DNA from: Candidatus Fermentibacterota bacterium
Lineage (GTDB): Bacteria > Fermentibacterota > Fermentibacteria > Fermentibacterales > JCC-6
Length of the DNA stretch: 64,000 nucleotides
Assembly (NCBI GenBank): GCA_014728175.1
Contig: WJMA01000062.1
Span: forward strand, 6,914 to 70,913
Direction of reading: 5' to 3'
The stretch's first letter is position 1, and each line of letters opens with the position of its first letter. The position numbers were made by a program, and so were the translations under genes. The notes under the pieces were generated by a model that worked only from the letters and a program-made list of their open reading frames with translations, made no database searches and had not been told where the DNA came from. This document shows positions 7,871 through 17,133 of this stretch, piece after piece.

Positions 7871-10840
7871 CTACATGTGATCGGGTAGGGTTATGGCCAT
7901 TTCCTCGCCGTCTATCAGCGCCGATCTCACACTTTGCAGGAACGGGGAGAAGGCGCTTTCCTCCCGGTAATAGAGGTCCTCCTGCATTCGCTCCAGGGAT
8001 CTCTGTACTTCGTACGAGGCTTGCTCGCCCCCCGCCAGCTCGGTCAGGGCTTGCCTGGATTCCTGCATACGATCCACGAGCAGCTCCACGGCCGATGACG
8101 CTTCGGGAGGCATTCCCCAGCACAGGGAGGAGAGAAACAGGTAGTACAGCTCCACCCTGAGAAGCTGAACGTTAGCATCTTCGGAATACTCCCGCGCATA
8201 GCTCTCCACGGTGGACACGGCAAACTCCAGCATGCTTCCCTCCAGCCAAGGCAGCCGTCCGTTATCCGCCAACGCGTAGGTGGGGCCTCCGATTTCGATC
8301 CTGCTCTGGCGCAACGACCTGACCAGACTGTCGGGAACGCTGGGGCTGAAATCCCCTACGGCCATCGAGACCAGTGATGCGAGCCTCCGGTCCATGTCCA
8401 GGAGAGATGTTACGGCGGTAAGGTATCCCGTATGCCATTCGCCTTGGAATGCCTGGGAACGCGCACCCGATATTATTACCCGCAAATGGTTTAGGTTGCC
8501 CGGCCAATGCCCAATATGGGAGTAACCGTCGTAGTAAGCGAAATTGTTGTATTGCAAGAGAGTCCGGAGGCCCTCCAGCTCGCCCCTGCGAGTTCTGATA
8601 ACTCCCGTGACGTACTGAAGGGTAACCGGATTGTGCTCCACTCTGGATGCCAGCTCCCGAGCGTCATCCAGCAGGCCTAGGGTATCACCTTGGTGCAGGC
8701 GTTCCACCAGCTCCGCCGACTGGAGGGTTACGTCCGCGTACAGATGCAGCGAGGAGTCGGACAGCAGCGGCCGGTTGGGGAGGACATCGGCGGCGTAGTC
8801 GGAAAGAATCTCGACCACCTCGTCCGCATTCTCCCGGCCGCGGTACAGGGTGAAGATGAAATGGTTTGCGATTGCCCGTCTTACGGCCGGGCCTTTGTGC
8901 AGGCGGCCGCTCTCGATACTACGCTTGTAGTGATTCAGATAGCCCAGCCACAGAATTATGCGGGCGTCGGAGAAATCCATTATCGGCCCGAACATGAGCA
9001 TTTGCTTGTGGTACTCCCGTGCTCGGTGACCGTACAGCTCGTAAGCCCTCAATAGGGCGTCCACGGACTTGTCCAGCCTGCCGAGTCTGGTATAGGCCAG
9101 GGCGATGTTGTTATGGACCTCCGCATAATCCGGAGCCCTGGCTCTAAGTGAATCGTAGCAGGCCAAAGCCAGGACGGTGAGGCTGTCCGACAGCCTTTCG
9201 TTATCGGATTCCGCGCCTACCCTTTCCAGGAAGGTCTTGATTATCTCGCTGGACGGCTTGGCGGTTATGGCCCTGGTTATGTAAGCGCTGCCCAGGGCGT
9301 ACCATCCGCCCAGGTTGTCAGAATCGACCTGCACGCACATCCTGCAGTTCTTTATGGCGCTGTCGGCCGCGCCCACCGCGTTCTGCCAATGATACAGCGC
9401 CTCCCGAACATGCTCTCGGTTGCCCGTCTCCAGCGCCCGCGAGGCCGCGACCTCCGCGTTGCTCATCTCGGGCTTGGTGTGTACCAGATGTACGTCCTTT
9501 CCCCTGAATAGAAGTCTTCCCGAACGCATGCCGGCCAGGTAATGTGGAATCGTCAACACCGCCAGAACGGCCACCGGAACGATTGCGGCGATCCCCATGC
9601 CCCTGGGTATCGGCCTCGACGAGCGTTCATCGTTTACCAGAATAAGGCCTACGAGCAAGGCCGTCAGGAACTGGGTTGGAGGCCACCTGAGGGCCACCGA
9701 TACCGTCCCCTCCAGCAGTATGCCAGCCAGTGCGGCCAGCAGCCCGATCCTGCAGATGGACCAATCGGTCTTCCTCCTGACGGTTCGCCATACCATCAAT
9801 GCCGCTGCCAGCCATAGCAGGGCCCCTACCATCCCGGTGTCGCTCAGGATCTCCAGGTACTCGCAATGAGCGTGAAGAGTATTGTGACTGACGCCGAGTA
9901 GATGATAGGAGGGGTTTCTGTACCTGGGAAAGACGATCTGGAACGAGCCCGGACCCCAACCGGTGAGGGGCTTGTCCGCGAACATCCCAACGGTACCCGA
10001 CCAAATGAGCTTCCTTACCCTGAGCGTGCCCTGGTCGCTGGTATCGAGCTCGGCCAGGCGGTTGCGCATCAGGTAGACTCCCAAACCCATAACGCAGATC
10101 GCTACGAGTAGGACGGGTACCAGTGATTTGGCCGAGAACTTCTTTCTGAACAGCCCCCACAGCAGGACTGCGAGCCCCCCGAACAGCCCAATAAGGCTAC
10201 CCCTGGTTCCGCTGGCCACGATCGCCACCACGGCCAGAAGACAAAGCACCACCATTAGAACGGCCTTCAGCGCAGTTCTGATCTTCCTGCCCAGAAGAAA
10301 ACCCAGGCCCAGGGGAACGCTTGCCGCGGCGAAGCTGCCCAGAAGGTTGGGGTTTCCCAGGGATCCGGAAACCCGACCGCTCTTGGCCAGAGCCTCATCC
10401 CAGGGCATCAGGCTTACGCCCCGCCATTGCAAAAGGGAGTAAACGAAGAGCAGCAGGCAAGAGCCCAGTATCACCCAGACCACGCGGTCCCTGTCTTTCT
10501 CGGTAAGCATGATGGAAACGCATAGGGCGAGAGCACCCAGGGCGATAAGAGAGAAGATGGCTCCGGGGCCGTTCACGGACTGCGCTCCCAGAAAATGGGT
10601 CAGTACGCTCCAGCCTGCGATGGCCAGGCCAATCATCCCTATGGGGAGAAGCGTTTTGACCGGTATCCCGGATATCTTTCCCCCCAGAATCCCGCCCGCC
10701 AGGATCAGCAGGCACAGCAGGGATCCCGTTACGGCGGCGAACTCCTTCACCAGTATGCTGGAGCGGCTGTTGGGCTCCACAACGAATACCACAACCAGCA
10801 GGATGATTGATAGCAGAGCGATCAAGACCTTGCGTTCCAT
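7871..10840 (-). CDS. O-antigen ligase (Wzy_C/WaaL-like) family membrane protein fused to a large C-terminal TPR-repeat domain
   Basis: About 12 TM helices with the SGTRGS motif typical of O-antigen ligase-like proteins, followed by ~550 aa of TPR-like repeats (ALAYTRLGRLDKSVDALLRAYELY...). Start taken at MERKVLIALL. Overlaps the 3' end of the wecA-like gene. Confidence 0.75.
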   Translation of the reverse strand: MERKVLIALLSIILLVVVFVVEPNSRSSILVKEFAAVTGSLLCLLILAGGILGGKISGIPVKTLLPIGMIGLAIAGWSVLTHFLGAQSVNGPGAIFSLIALGALALCVSIMLTEKDRDRVVWVILGSCLLLFVYSLLQWRGVSLMPWDEALAKSGRVSGSLGNPNLLGSFAAASVPLGLGFLLGRKIRTALKAVLMVVLCLLAVVAIVASGTRGSLIGLFGGLAVLLWGLFRKKFSAKSLVPVLLVAICVMGLGVYLMRNRLAELDTSDQGTLRVRKLIWSGTVGMFADKPLTGWGPGSFQIVFPRYRNPSYHLLGVSHNTLHAHCEYLEILSDTGMVGALLWLAAALMVWRTVRRKTDWSICRIGLLAALAGILLEGTVSVALRWPPTQFLTALLVGLILVNDERSSRPIPRGMGIAAIVPVAVLAVLTIPHYLAGMRSGRLLFRGKDVHLVHTKPEMSNAEVAASRALETGNREHVREALYHWQNAVGAADSAIKNCRMCVQVDSDNLGGWYALGSAYITRAITAKPSSEIIKTFLERVGAESDNERLSDSLTVLALACYDSLRARAPDYAEVHNNIALAYTRLGRLDKSVDALLRAYELYGHRAREYHKQMLMFGPIMDFSDARIILWLGYLNHYKRSIESGRLHKGPAVRRAIANHFIFTLYRGRENADEVVEILSDYAADVLPNRPLLSDSSLHLYADVTLQSAELVERLHQGDTLGLLDDARELASRVEHNPVTLQYVTGVIRTRRGELEGLRTLLQYNNFAYYDGYSHIGHWPGNLNHLRVIISGARSQAFQGEWHTGYLTAVTSLLDMDRRLASLVSMAVGDFSPSVPDSLVRSLRQSRIEIGGPTYALADNGRLPWLEGSMLEFAVSTVESYAREYSEDANVQLLRVELYYLFLSSLCWGMPPEASSAVELLVDRMQESRQALTELAGGEQASYEVQRSLERMQEDLYYREESAFSPFLQSVRSALIDGEEMAITLPDHM

Positions 10841-10869
10841 TGGATCCCTTCGCTGAGCGACGCGGCGCT

Positions 10870-11946
10870 TCAACCGCTTCGGCTCTTCTCGCCCTTCCGT
10901 ATGAAGAAGGTAACCAGCCACACGACTCCCAGGGCGTGCACGAATATCAAGGCCGCCTGGTAAGGAGCCAGTGTCGGCAGAAGCAGAGCCAGAACGCCCA
11001 GAAGAAAAGCCATTACGTAGAGGAGCACCACGGCTTCCCTATGGGTAAGGCCTATTCTCATAAGTCTGTGCGCCAGGTGGTTCCGGTCCGCCTTCATCAG
11101 CGGGGCGCCCTTCGCCTTCCTGTATACAACCACCAGCAGCGTATCCACTATGGGCACGGCCAGTACGAGGACCGGGGTAAGCACGGCCAGCTCCCTTATC
11201 GACCCAGCAGGGGTATACACCCCGAGGACCGCTATCAAGCCCAGCATGAAACCCAGAAGGTTGCTGCCGCAATCACCCATGAACACCGACGCGGGGTTGT
11301 AGTTGTAGACCAGAAAGCCCAACGACGCGCCTCCTACGGCGGCCGCTATAAAGCCCACGGCGAAGTTTCCGTTAAGCATGTTTACCATTGTGAAGAACAA
11401 AGCGGCGATGGCGGCGGTGCCCGCAGCCAGACCGTCGGCATGATCCAGGAGATTGAAGGAATTGGTTATCCCCACCAGCCAGAATACGGTGACCGGAACC
11501 GCCAGCCAAGCCAGGCCTCCCCCGTGCAGGAACAACCTCAGCTGGGCTCCCTTTATCACGAAGTATATGCCTACTAACAGAGCGGATACCGTGTGCAGAA
11601 CCAGCTTCCATCTGGGCTTGATATCCATCAGGTCGTCCACCAGGCCGGTAAGCATCATCAAAAACCCCCCGGCAAGCACCATCACCCCCAGCGACTGCCA
11701 GTTCAGGGGAGTATCCGCTATACGGCCCTCGGATATGTTCGGCCACAGCAGCAGGCCGGTGACTATCGCAGCCGAGAAGGCCACGAAAATGGCCACTCCG
11801 CCCAGCAAGGGCGTCTCCAGGCGGTGTTTCTTTCTATCGCCCGGAACGTCTACCAGGTCCACCCTGAGGGAGAGCATTCTCATCAAGGGAGTCAGTAGGA
11901 TCGAGAACAGCAGCGATATCAGAAACGCCGAGGCGACGATGATCAT
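10870..11946 (-). CDS. wecA: Polyprenyl-phosphate N-acetylhexosamine-1-phosphate transferase (GT4 MraY/WecA family)
   Basis: Multi-TM protein with the DDxxD-like LVDDLMD motif, NSFNLLDHADGLAAG and VFMGDCGSNLLGF motifs of the MraY/WecA family. ATGA overlap with the upstream ABC ATPase. Confidence 0.85.
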   Translation of the reverse strand: MIIVASAFLISLLFSILLTPLMRMLSLRVDLVDVPGDRKKHRLETPLLGGVAIFVAFSAAIVTGLLLWPNISEGRIADTPLNWQSLGVMVLAGGFLMMLTGLVDDLMDIKPRWKLVLHTVSALLVGIYFVIKGAQLRLFLHGGGLAWLAVPVTVFWLVGITNSFNLLDHADGLAAGTAAIAALFFTMVNMLNGNFAVGFIAAAVGGASLGFLVYNYNPASVFMGDCGSNLLGFMLGLIAVLGVYTPAGSIRELAVLTPVLVLAVPIVDTLLVVVYRKAKGAPLMKADRNHLAHRLMRIGLTHREAVVLLYVMAFLLGVLALLLPTLAPYQAALIFVHALGVVWLVTFFIRKGEKSRSG

Positions 11947-12998
11947 ACAGCGACCCTCCGTCCGTCGGGGTCGAACAGGTGAGCTCTGGCAATATCCACG
12001 TCGAATCGTACCTTCTCTCCCAGCTTGGTTTCCGTAGTCGGCCCGCAACGCATGACAAGCTGCTCGTCGCCCACGCTCAGATACACGATCTTCTCGTTGC
12101 CCAGGGTCTCCACAACCTCGATCCCCCCCGTCAAGCTTCCGTCCGACCTCAGGTTAAGATCCTCGGGTCTGACTCCGAACGTATAGCCTTCTCCCTCCCT
12201 CGCCGTCCACCTCGAAGGCAACCTGTCACCCGTGGATAGGACTATCTCCGAGCCCCGGAGGGCGACATCCAGCAGGTTCATGGCCGGGCTGCCTATGAAT
12301 CCGGCCACGAACCGATTGCACGGCTTTTCGTAAAGCTCCGAGGGGATAGCTACCTGTTGGATGCGTCCTTCTCTGAGGACCACAATTCTGTCCCCCATGG
12401 TCATGGCTTCCGCCTGATCGTGGGTAACGTATATCATTGTAGCGCCCAAACGGTTATGTAACCTTATGAGCTCACTGCGCATCTGGACCCTCAGCTTGGC
12501 ATCCAGGTTAGACAACGGTTCGTCGAAGAGGAAAACCTGCGGATGTCTTACTATCGCCCTGCCTACGGCCACCCGTTGCCGCTGCCCTCCCGAAAGCTCC
12601 TTGGGCCTGCGTTCGAGATAGCCCTCCATGTCCAGTATCTCGGCGGCCTCCCTTACGTACTCTCCTATATCATCCTTGGGTGCCTTCCGCATTTTAAGGG
12701 AGAAGGCCATGTTGTCGTACACCGTCATGTGTGGGTAAAGGGCGTAGTTCTGGAAGACCATGGCTATGTCCCTCTCCTGGGGACTCGTCTCCGTTACGTC
12801 CCGGCCGTCTATCAGCATCTTCCCCTCGGTGGGCTCTTCCAATCCGGCAAGGAGCCGCAGGATGGTGGATTTCCCGCACCCGCTGGGTCCGACCAGTACC
12901 AGGAACTCTCCGTCTCTCACCGTAAGGTCGAAGTCCTCCAGAGCCAGGACCTCGCTCCCGTAGACCTTTCGAATACCTTCGAACGTTACCGAAGCCAA
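11943..12998 (-). CDS. Sugar ABC transporter ATP-binding protein (MalK/UgpC/MsmK type, with C-terminal TOBE/MalK regulatory domain); no cognate permease or SBP in window
   Basis: Walker A GPSGCGKST, signature LSGGQRQRVAVGRAI, Walker B VFLFDEPLSNLD, then a ~120-aa MalK-type C-terminal domain. Confidence 0.88.
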   Translation of the reverse strand: MASVTFEGIRKVYGSEVLALEDFDLTVRDGEFLVLVGPSGCGKSTILRLLAGLEEPTEGKMLIDGRDVTETSPQERDIAMVFQNYALYPHMTVYDNMAFSLKMRKAPKDDIGEYVREAAEILDMEGYLERRPKELSGGQRQRVAVGRAIVRHPQVFLFDEPLSNLDAKLRVQMRSELIRLHNRLGATMIYVTHDQAEAMTMGDRIVVLREGRIQQVAIPSELYEKPCNRFVAGFIGSPAMNLLDVALRGSEIVLSTGDRLPSRWTAREGEGYTFGVRPEDLNLRSDGSLTGGIEVVETLGNEKIVYLSVGDEQLVMRCGPTTETKLGEKVRFDVDIARAHLFDPDGRRVAV

Positions 12999-13019
12999 GC
13001 CAGATCAACCTCTCCGCGT

Positions 13020-13379
13020 CTACTCGACCACCAAAAGGGATACCACCCAGTCCCCGAAGCGCGCTCTCTCGGGATTCATCGGGTCCGCGACCAGCTCTAC
13101 CCCGTCGACCAGGAATCCGTACCTGTACCTTCCGCGGGGTAGCTCCACTTGCAGGATCCAGTTACCGTCGCCCACCGGCTCCATCCTACCGACCTCGGGA
13201 TTGACCGTACCACCGGCATCCACCAACCCTCCCCAGTGGTTCCAATCGCCGATCACCTGTACCTTGCAGGCTCCGGGACACCAGAAGCTGAAGCCCTCCG
13301 GAGAGGGCGGCCTTTCCGCCGGCGTCAACATCGTACACCCGAGCATCAAAAGCAGAGCGAAGAACGTGAGCCGACGCAC
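13020..13379 (-). CDS. Small secreted lipoprotein with CBM48 / glycogen-binding (isoamylase N-terminal-like) domain
   Basis: Signal peptide and lipobox (LLLMLGC). VQVIGDWNHWGG...YRYGFLVDG pattern is typical of the E-set/CBM48 fold. Confidence 0.6.
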   Translation of the reverse strand: MRRLTFFALLLMLGCTMLTPAERPPSPEGFSFWCPGACKVQVIGDWNHWGGLVDAGGTVNPEVGRMEPVGDGNWILQVELPRGRYRYGFLVDGVELVADPMNPERARFGDWVVSLLVVE

Positions 13380-14620
13380 TATCTGAGCACTCCTTTCAGT
13401 CCGATCCGGAGCCGCACATCATCTCCGTCCCAGCCGACCTCCATCATCCCGTAGATCGAGCGCACGGAAGCTATCACGGTCAATCGGCCCCTGGGGTCCA
13501 GATCGTCCGATGGGCTGCCGGATAGCTCCAGCCGGGCGTGAACGTCCCTTCGAGGGGAGTATCCGGCCCGACCACCAACCCTCCAGTCATCCTCCATGAT
13601 CTCCACCCAGCCCCCGGCCTGCTGCATCCTGCGTTGGAAGATTGCTGAGATCTTGCCGCTGCAGTCCTCCCATTCGGCCAGGTCGAGGCTGCCCTCCAGC
13701 AGCATCGAGGCCTCGGTAATGGTGGACAGCCCCACCGAGAAGCTGTCCGCCTTGTCCGTTCTCCATTCCCTGCTTCCGTAAAGCCACCCCGAGAGAAGCC
13801 TTTCGGTGCTCCTTACCATCAGCTTGCCTCCAGCCTGCCTTTGGCCGGGCCGCAGGGCGCCGCTCTCCAGACTCAGGCTGTCTCCTGCCATCGCGATCAG
13901 GGGTACCAGCTCCACGCTTACCCGATGGTTGCGGCGCAGCCGCAGGCTCCTGATCTCACCGATCACACCCCAGGAGGATCCTCTATCCGGATCGCCGACA
14001 ACGATCAGGTGGGGGCTGGCGACGGGCAGATCGGTCCAGGCCTTGAGTACATCCAGCCTGTCCGACGCGTCTCCGGGGCCCTCCGTTCTGTAGCTCTCCA
14101 GCGCAAAACTCCCGAATCCCAACCAAGGCGCTCTTACGTTGGTAACCCTCAGGCTGTCTTCCTCCGCCTCCGAAGCCACCAGGTAGCTGGCTTTGAACCC
14201 GAGAAGCCCGCCGGCGGCAAGTCTGGCTCCGACCAGGGAGTCGACCTCGGTACGGTACCAGTCCACCACGGGCACGGACATACCCCACGAGAACGGTTGA
14301 TGATCGGCCAGGAAAACGCCGCCTCCCATCCAGGGGGTTCCAGGCCAGGAGAGATCCAACCGGGCACGGCGGAGGAAGGCGGAGCTGGCGGAGTCCCTTC
14401 TGAAGGCCGGAACCGCCAGAAAATCTACGGTCTTGGGCATCGAGGCGAGCAGCGAGCACTCCAGGTCGACCGAGGAGCTGTCCAGATGCGGCGAGCCGCC
14501 CACCATGGTCAAACCGGCCTCGGCCGAAAGCAGCGGCACGGCATCGAAGCTCCAGCCTTCCGCAGAGTCGGGCTCCGCGGCGATCAAAGCCAATAGAAGG
14601 GATAGACCTACCAGGTCCAT
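13379..14620 (-). CDS. Hypothetical secreted protein (signal peptide; possible beta-barrel)
   Basis: ORF with an N-terminal signal-like MDLVGLSLLLALIAAEP and alternating amphipathic strands. No recognised catalytic motifs. Translationally coupled to neighbours. Confidence 0.5.
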   Translation of the reverse strand: MDLVGLSLLLALIAAEPDSAEGWSFDAVPLLSAEAGLTMVGGSPHLDSSSVDLECSLLASMPKTVDFLAVPAFRRDSASSAFLRRARLDLSWPGTPWMGGGVFLADHQPFSWGMSVPVVDWYRTEVDSLVGARLAAGGLLGFKASYLVASEAEEDSLRVTNVRAPWLGFGSFALESYRTEGPGDASDRLDVLKAWTDLPVASPHLIVVGDPDRGSSWGVIGEIRSLRLRRNHRVSVELVPLIAMAGDSLSLESGALRPGQRQAGGKLMVRSTERLLSGWLYGSREWRTDKADSFSVGLSTITEASMLLEGSLDLAEWEDCSGKISAIFQRRMQQAGGWVEIMEDDWRVGGRAGYSPRRDVHARLELSGSPSDDLDPRGRLTVIASVRSIYGMMEVGWDGDDVRLRIGLKGVLR

Positions 14621-15435
14621 TCGCCCGTTCTGTAACCCACTGAGATCATATGACCTGCCTTCTGCTCCGTAAGACGGATACCGTAATCTACGTTGACCCT
14701 GGATATCGAGAGTCTCGCACCGGCGGACCAAGAGTCCCAGTCGCTGCCCGTTCTCACCGATACCCCCGGACCCAGGCGAAGGTCCGCTCCCACCGCAACC
14801 TCGCCTTCTCTCCCGGAGAGATGCCCTCTGAGGTTGCGGTTGAACACGTAACTGAACGCGTAATTGAATTCCACCTCGCTGGAGGGACCGAATCCCGGAT
14901 CACCGCTGCCGGCCAAACCCGATCCCTCTACCCCTATCCCGGCACAGAAAGTGGGAAACATCGCTATCTGAAGGTTTCCGGCGGCTTCCAATCCCGTGAA
15001 GCTGAGATCTTCTTCCTGGATGTGCCTTAACCCGGCCCTTACCCCCAGCGATACACTGGGACCGAAGAACCCCTCGAGGAAGGCCACAGGGTCACCTGTC
15101 AGCACCCGGGCCGCGCATAGCGTGGCCAACGTGGTGTCGGCAGTGTCAGCCATCCTACCGCGATAAACGCCTCCCCCGGTGAATATCCCACCCAGAGGGC
15201 CTCCGGCGAAGGCTCCCACGGAGAGATCCGTGCTTCCGCCCTCCTCCACCCACTCCTCATGTCCCCAGCCGATGAGGCCCAGCTCCCAGCTTTCCAGACG
15301 TACCAGACCGGCGGGAGCGCTGATGCAGGCGGGTCCGGAAGCCGAGTAGGCTGTCGGCTCTACCGAAAGACCGTAAGACTCGGCGTCAAAAGCACCGGGG
15401 GCACACAGGATGACCAGCGCCAGCAGAGGGGTCAT
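14608..15435 (-). CDS. Hypothetical outer-membrane beta-barrel-like protein
   Basis: Signal peptide MTPLLALVILCAPGAFDA, Gly-rich alternating beta-strand pattern, C-terminal aromatic residues (…GYRTGEWTW). Confidence 0.5.
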   Translation of the reverse strand: MTPLLALVILCAPGAFDAESYGLSVEPTAYSASGPACISAPAGLVRLESWELGLIGWGHEEWVEEGGSTDLSVGAFAGGPLGGIFTGGGVYRGRMADTADTTLATLCAARVLTGDPVAFLEGFFGPSVSLGVRAGLRHIQEEDLSFTGLEAAGNLQIAMFPTFCAGIGVEGSGLAGSGDPGFGPSSEVEFNYAFSYVFNRNLRGHLSGREGEVAVGADLRLGPGVSVRTGSDWDSWSAGARLSISRVNVDYGIRLTEQKAGHMISVGYRTGEWTW

Positions 15436-15501
15436 TCCGCTTCCGACGGGATCGGATACCGGGAGAGACGAGGTGGACAAGCAAGCATTCGGTGATCCTC
15501 C

Positions 15502-16191
15502 TCAAAGGCGCTGCATTATCTCTTCGGGGCTCAAGTGACCGACCCTTCCTCCGGTTACGGTGACGGTAAGGTTGGACTCGATGTCGTCCTCCAGACCCTC
15601 GATAAGGCGCTTGGCGGCCGTCTTCGCGTTCTCCGCCGAGGTCTCTGGGAGTATTATGAGCAGCGCCCCGTAAGAGACCCTGCACAGGTGATCGGACAAC
15701 CGCATGTTTATAAGCAGATCGAGCACCGTTCTATGGGGAATCTCCGTATCCTCGCCGGCCGGAGCCATCAGTATGAAGCTCAGAGGGGTGTCGTAACGCT
15801 TGGACCAGGCCAGCATGCTTCTGATCAAATGTCTGGCGGTCACGGCGTCGCCCAGACGGTAAACGCTGTTGGCCAGCAGGCTCTCGGCTCTGAAACGCAT
15901 CTCCTTGCGCGAGGTGGGCCTGAAGACCACTTCCGATACCCCGGCCTGCCAGGCGAGTTGCCCCTCCTCTCGGGAACCGACAACTCCTATCAGAGGAAGA
16001 AACGGGGTTTGCCAAAGGGCCATGGTCCGGGTGGCGCTCTCCACGCTTTCGATGCCGTCGGCGACTATTATCGATGGCATCTCTTCCCCGCCCGACGGCA
16101 GCCCGGCCTGCGCCTTCTCCCCTCCGGCGCCCTGCAGCATGTCCACCAGTCGTCTGGTCTCGTCTTCATCGGTGCCCAGAACACGAATCAT
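15502..16191 (-). CDS. Hypothetical regulatory protein with degenerate GGDEF-like (nucleotide-cyclase fold) C-terminal region
   Basis: PLSFILMAPAGEDTEI...DHLCRVSYGALLIILPETSAENAKTAAKRLIEGLE resembles a GGDEF domain lacking the GG(D/E)EF active site. N-terminal half resembles a receiver/GAF-less sensor. Weak assignment. Confidence 0.4.
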   Translation of the reverse strand: MIRVLGTDEDETRRLVDMLQGAGGEKAQAGLPSGGEEMPSIIVADGIESVESATRTMALWQTPFLPLIGVVGSREEGQLAWQAGVSEVVFRPTSRKEMRFRAESLLANSVYRLGDAVTARHLIRSMLAWSKRYDTPLSFILMAPAGEDTEIPHRTVLDLLINMRLSDHLCRVSYGALLIILPETSAENAKTAAKRLIEGLEDDIESNLTVTVTGGRVGHLSPEEIMQRL

Positions 16192-16290
16192 GACCGGTAC
16201 GCCCCTCTTCCGATACCGACCTCAGGCTCCACACCAACCTCCCATGAATAACCCTTGAGAGCCCCGTTGAAAAGAGAAACGAAGAGAAGC

Positions 16291-17129
16291 GGGACGTTCA
16301 TAAAGAAATTGGTTCTTCTCCGGAAAAGTGAGTTGATGTAGTAGCTGGTAGATAAGTGACATCGGTACATCCAATCTGTATCTAATTCAAAAGCCGTGAG
16401 TTAGATCACAGAGAGGAGCACCGATGTCGTTGTTGAGTATAGCGAAGTACTTTCCCTGGAGTCGAGTGGTGGTTACGGGTCAGAAGTTGGAGGCTTCATC
16501 CGTGGTCACAGCGATGCGCCCGGATCGGCGTTACAGAATTGTTTGCAGTCGCTGTGGTGGTAATGTGACGAGGACGAGTTCGCACCACGGTAGGAGGGTC
16601 AGGGATTTGGATCTGGGCGGTTGTCGGTCCGCGATAGAGCTCACCTACTGCTAGGCATACTGCCGGGATCGTGGATGTGTAGTGGTGGAGGATCCTGGAG
16701 TGGTAGTTCCCCGGAGGCGGGTAACCCGGCGGTATGCGATATACATCCATGAGTGATGCAGGATGATGACTGTATCAGACGTATCCCGTCACCTGGGTTT
16801 GGACTGGAAGACGGTGAAGGAGATCGATAAGGCCTTCCTTGAATAGGAGTACGGTAAGACGGACTATTCCAATCTTCGTCTGCTTGCGGTGGATGAGATA
16901 TCGAACCTTCGGCGCCACAACCACATGACGGTGGTGTTGGACTACGACAGCGGGCGTGTGGTATGGATGGGTCTGGGGCGTCGCACCGAGACGCTTGAGG
17001 CCTTTTTCGCTGGCATGACGCAGTCTCAGCGAGAGTCTATCGAAGCTGAGGATCAAGTTTTCTTTAGTTTCTTTGTAAACGTCCCGCAATATCTCAAGTA
17101 GATAACTTTAATTGCTTTATGAACGCCCC
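16291..17129 (+). mobile_element. Decayed, internally deleted ISL3-family insertion sequence bounded by 15-bp inverted repeats (GGGACGTTCATAAAG / CTTTATGAACGCCCC)
   Basis: IR-L at 16291-16305 and IR-R at 17115-17129, with 14/15 complementary. Lower GC than surroundings. Encloses ISL3-type transposase fragments. Abuts the wbaP stop codon. Confidence 0.75.
16424..17101 (+). pseudogene. ISL3-family transposase pseudogene (N-terminal zinc-finger and HTH regions; in-frame TAG at ~16842; DDE catalytic domain missing)
   Basis: Fragments RIVCSRCGGNVTRTSSHHGRRVRDLDLGG (zf-ISL3), VSRHLGLDWKTVKEIDKAFLE*EYGKT and LLAVDEISNLRRHNHMTVVLDYDSGRVVWMGLGRRTETLEAFF are hallmark ISL3 transposase segments. Total coding length ~225 aa versus ~400+ aa in intact members. 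Confidence 0.75.
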
Positions 17130-17133
17130 GTAG

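Noticed and set aside
8262-11577. Multiple 60-256 aa ORFs on both strands within the O-antigen ligase/TPR and wecA genes
   Set aside because: They overlap strongly supported genes in other frames and show Arg/Gly/Pro-rich composition typical of spurious high-GC ORFs.
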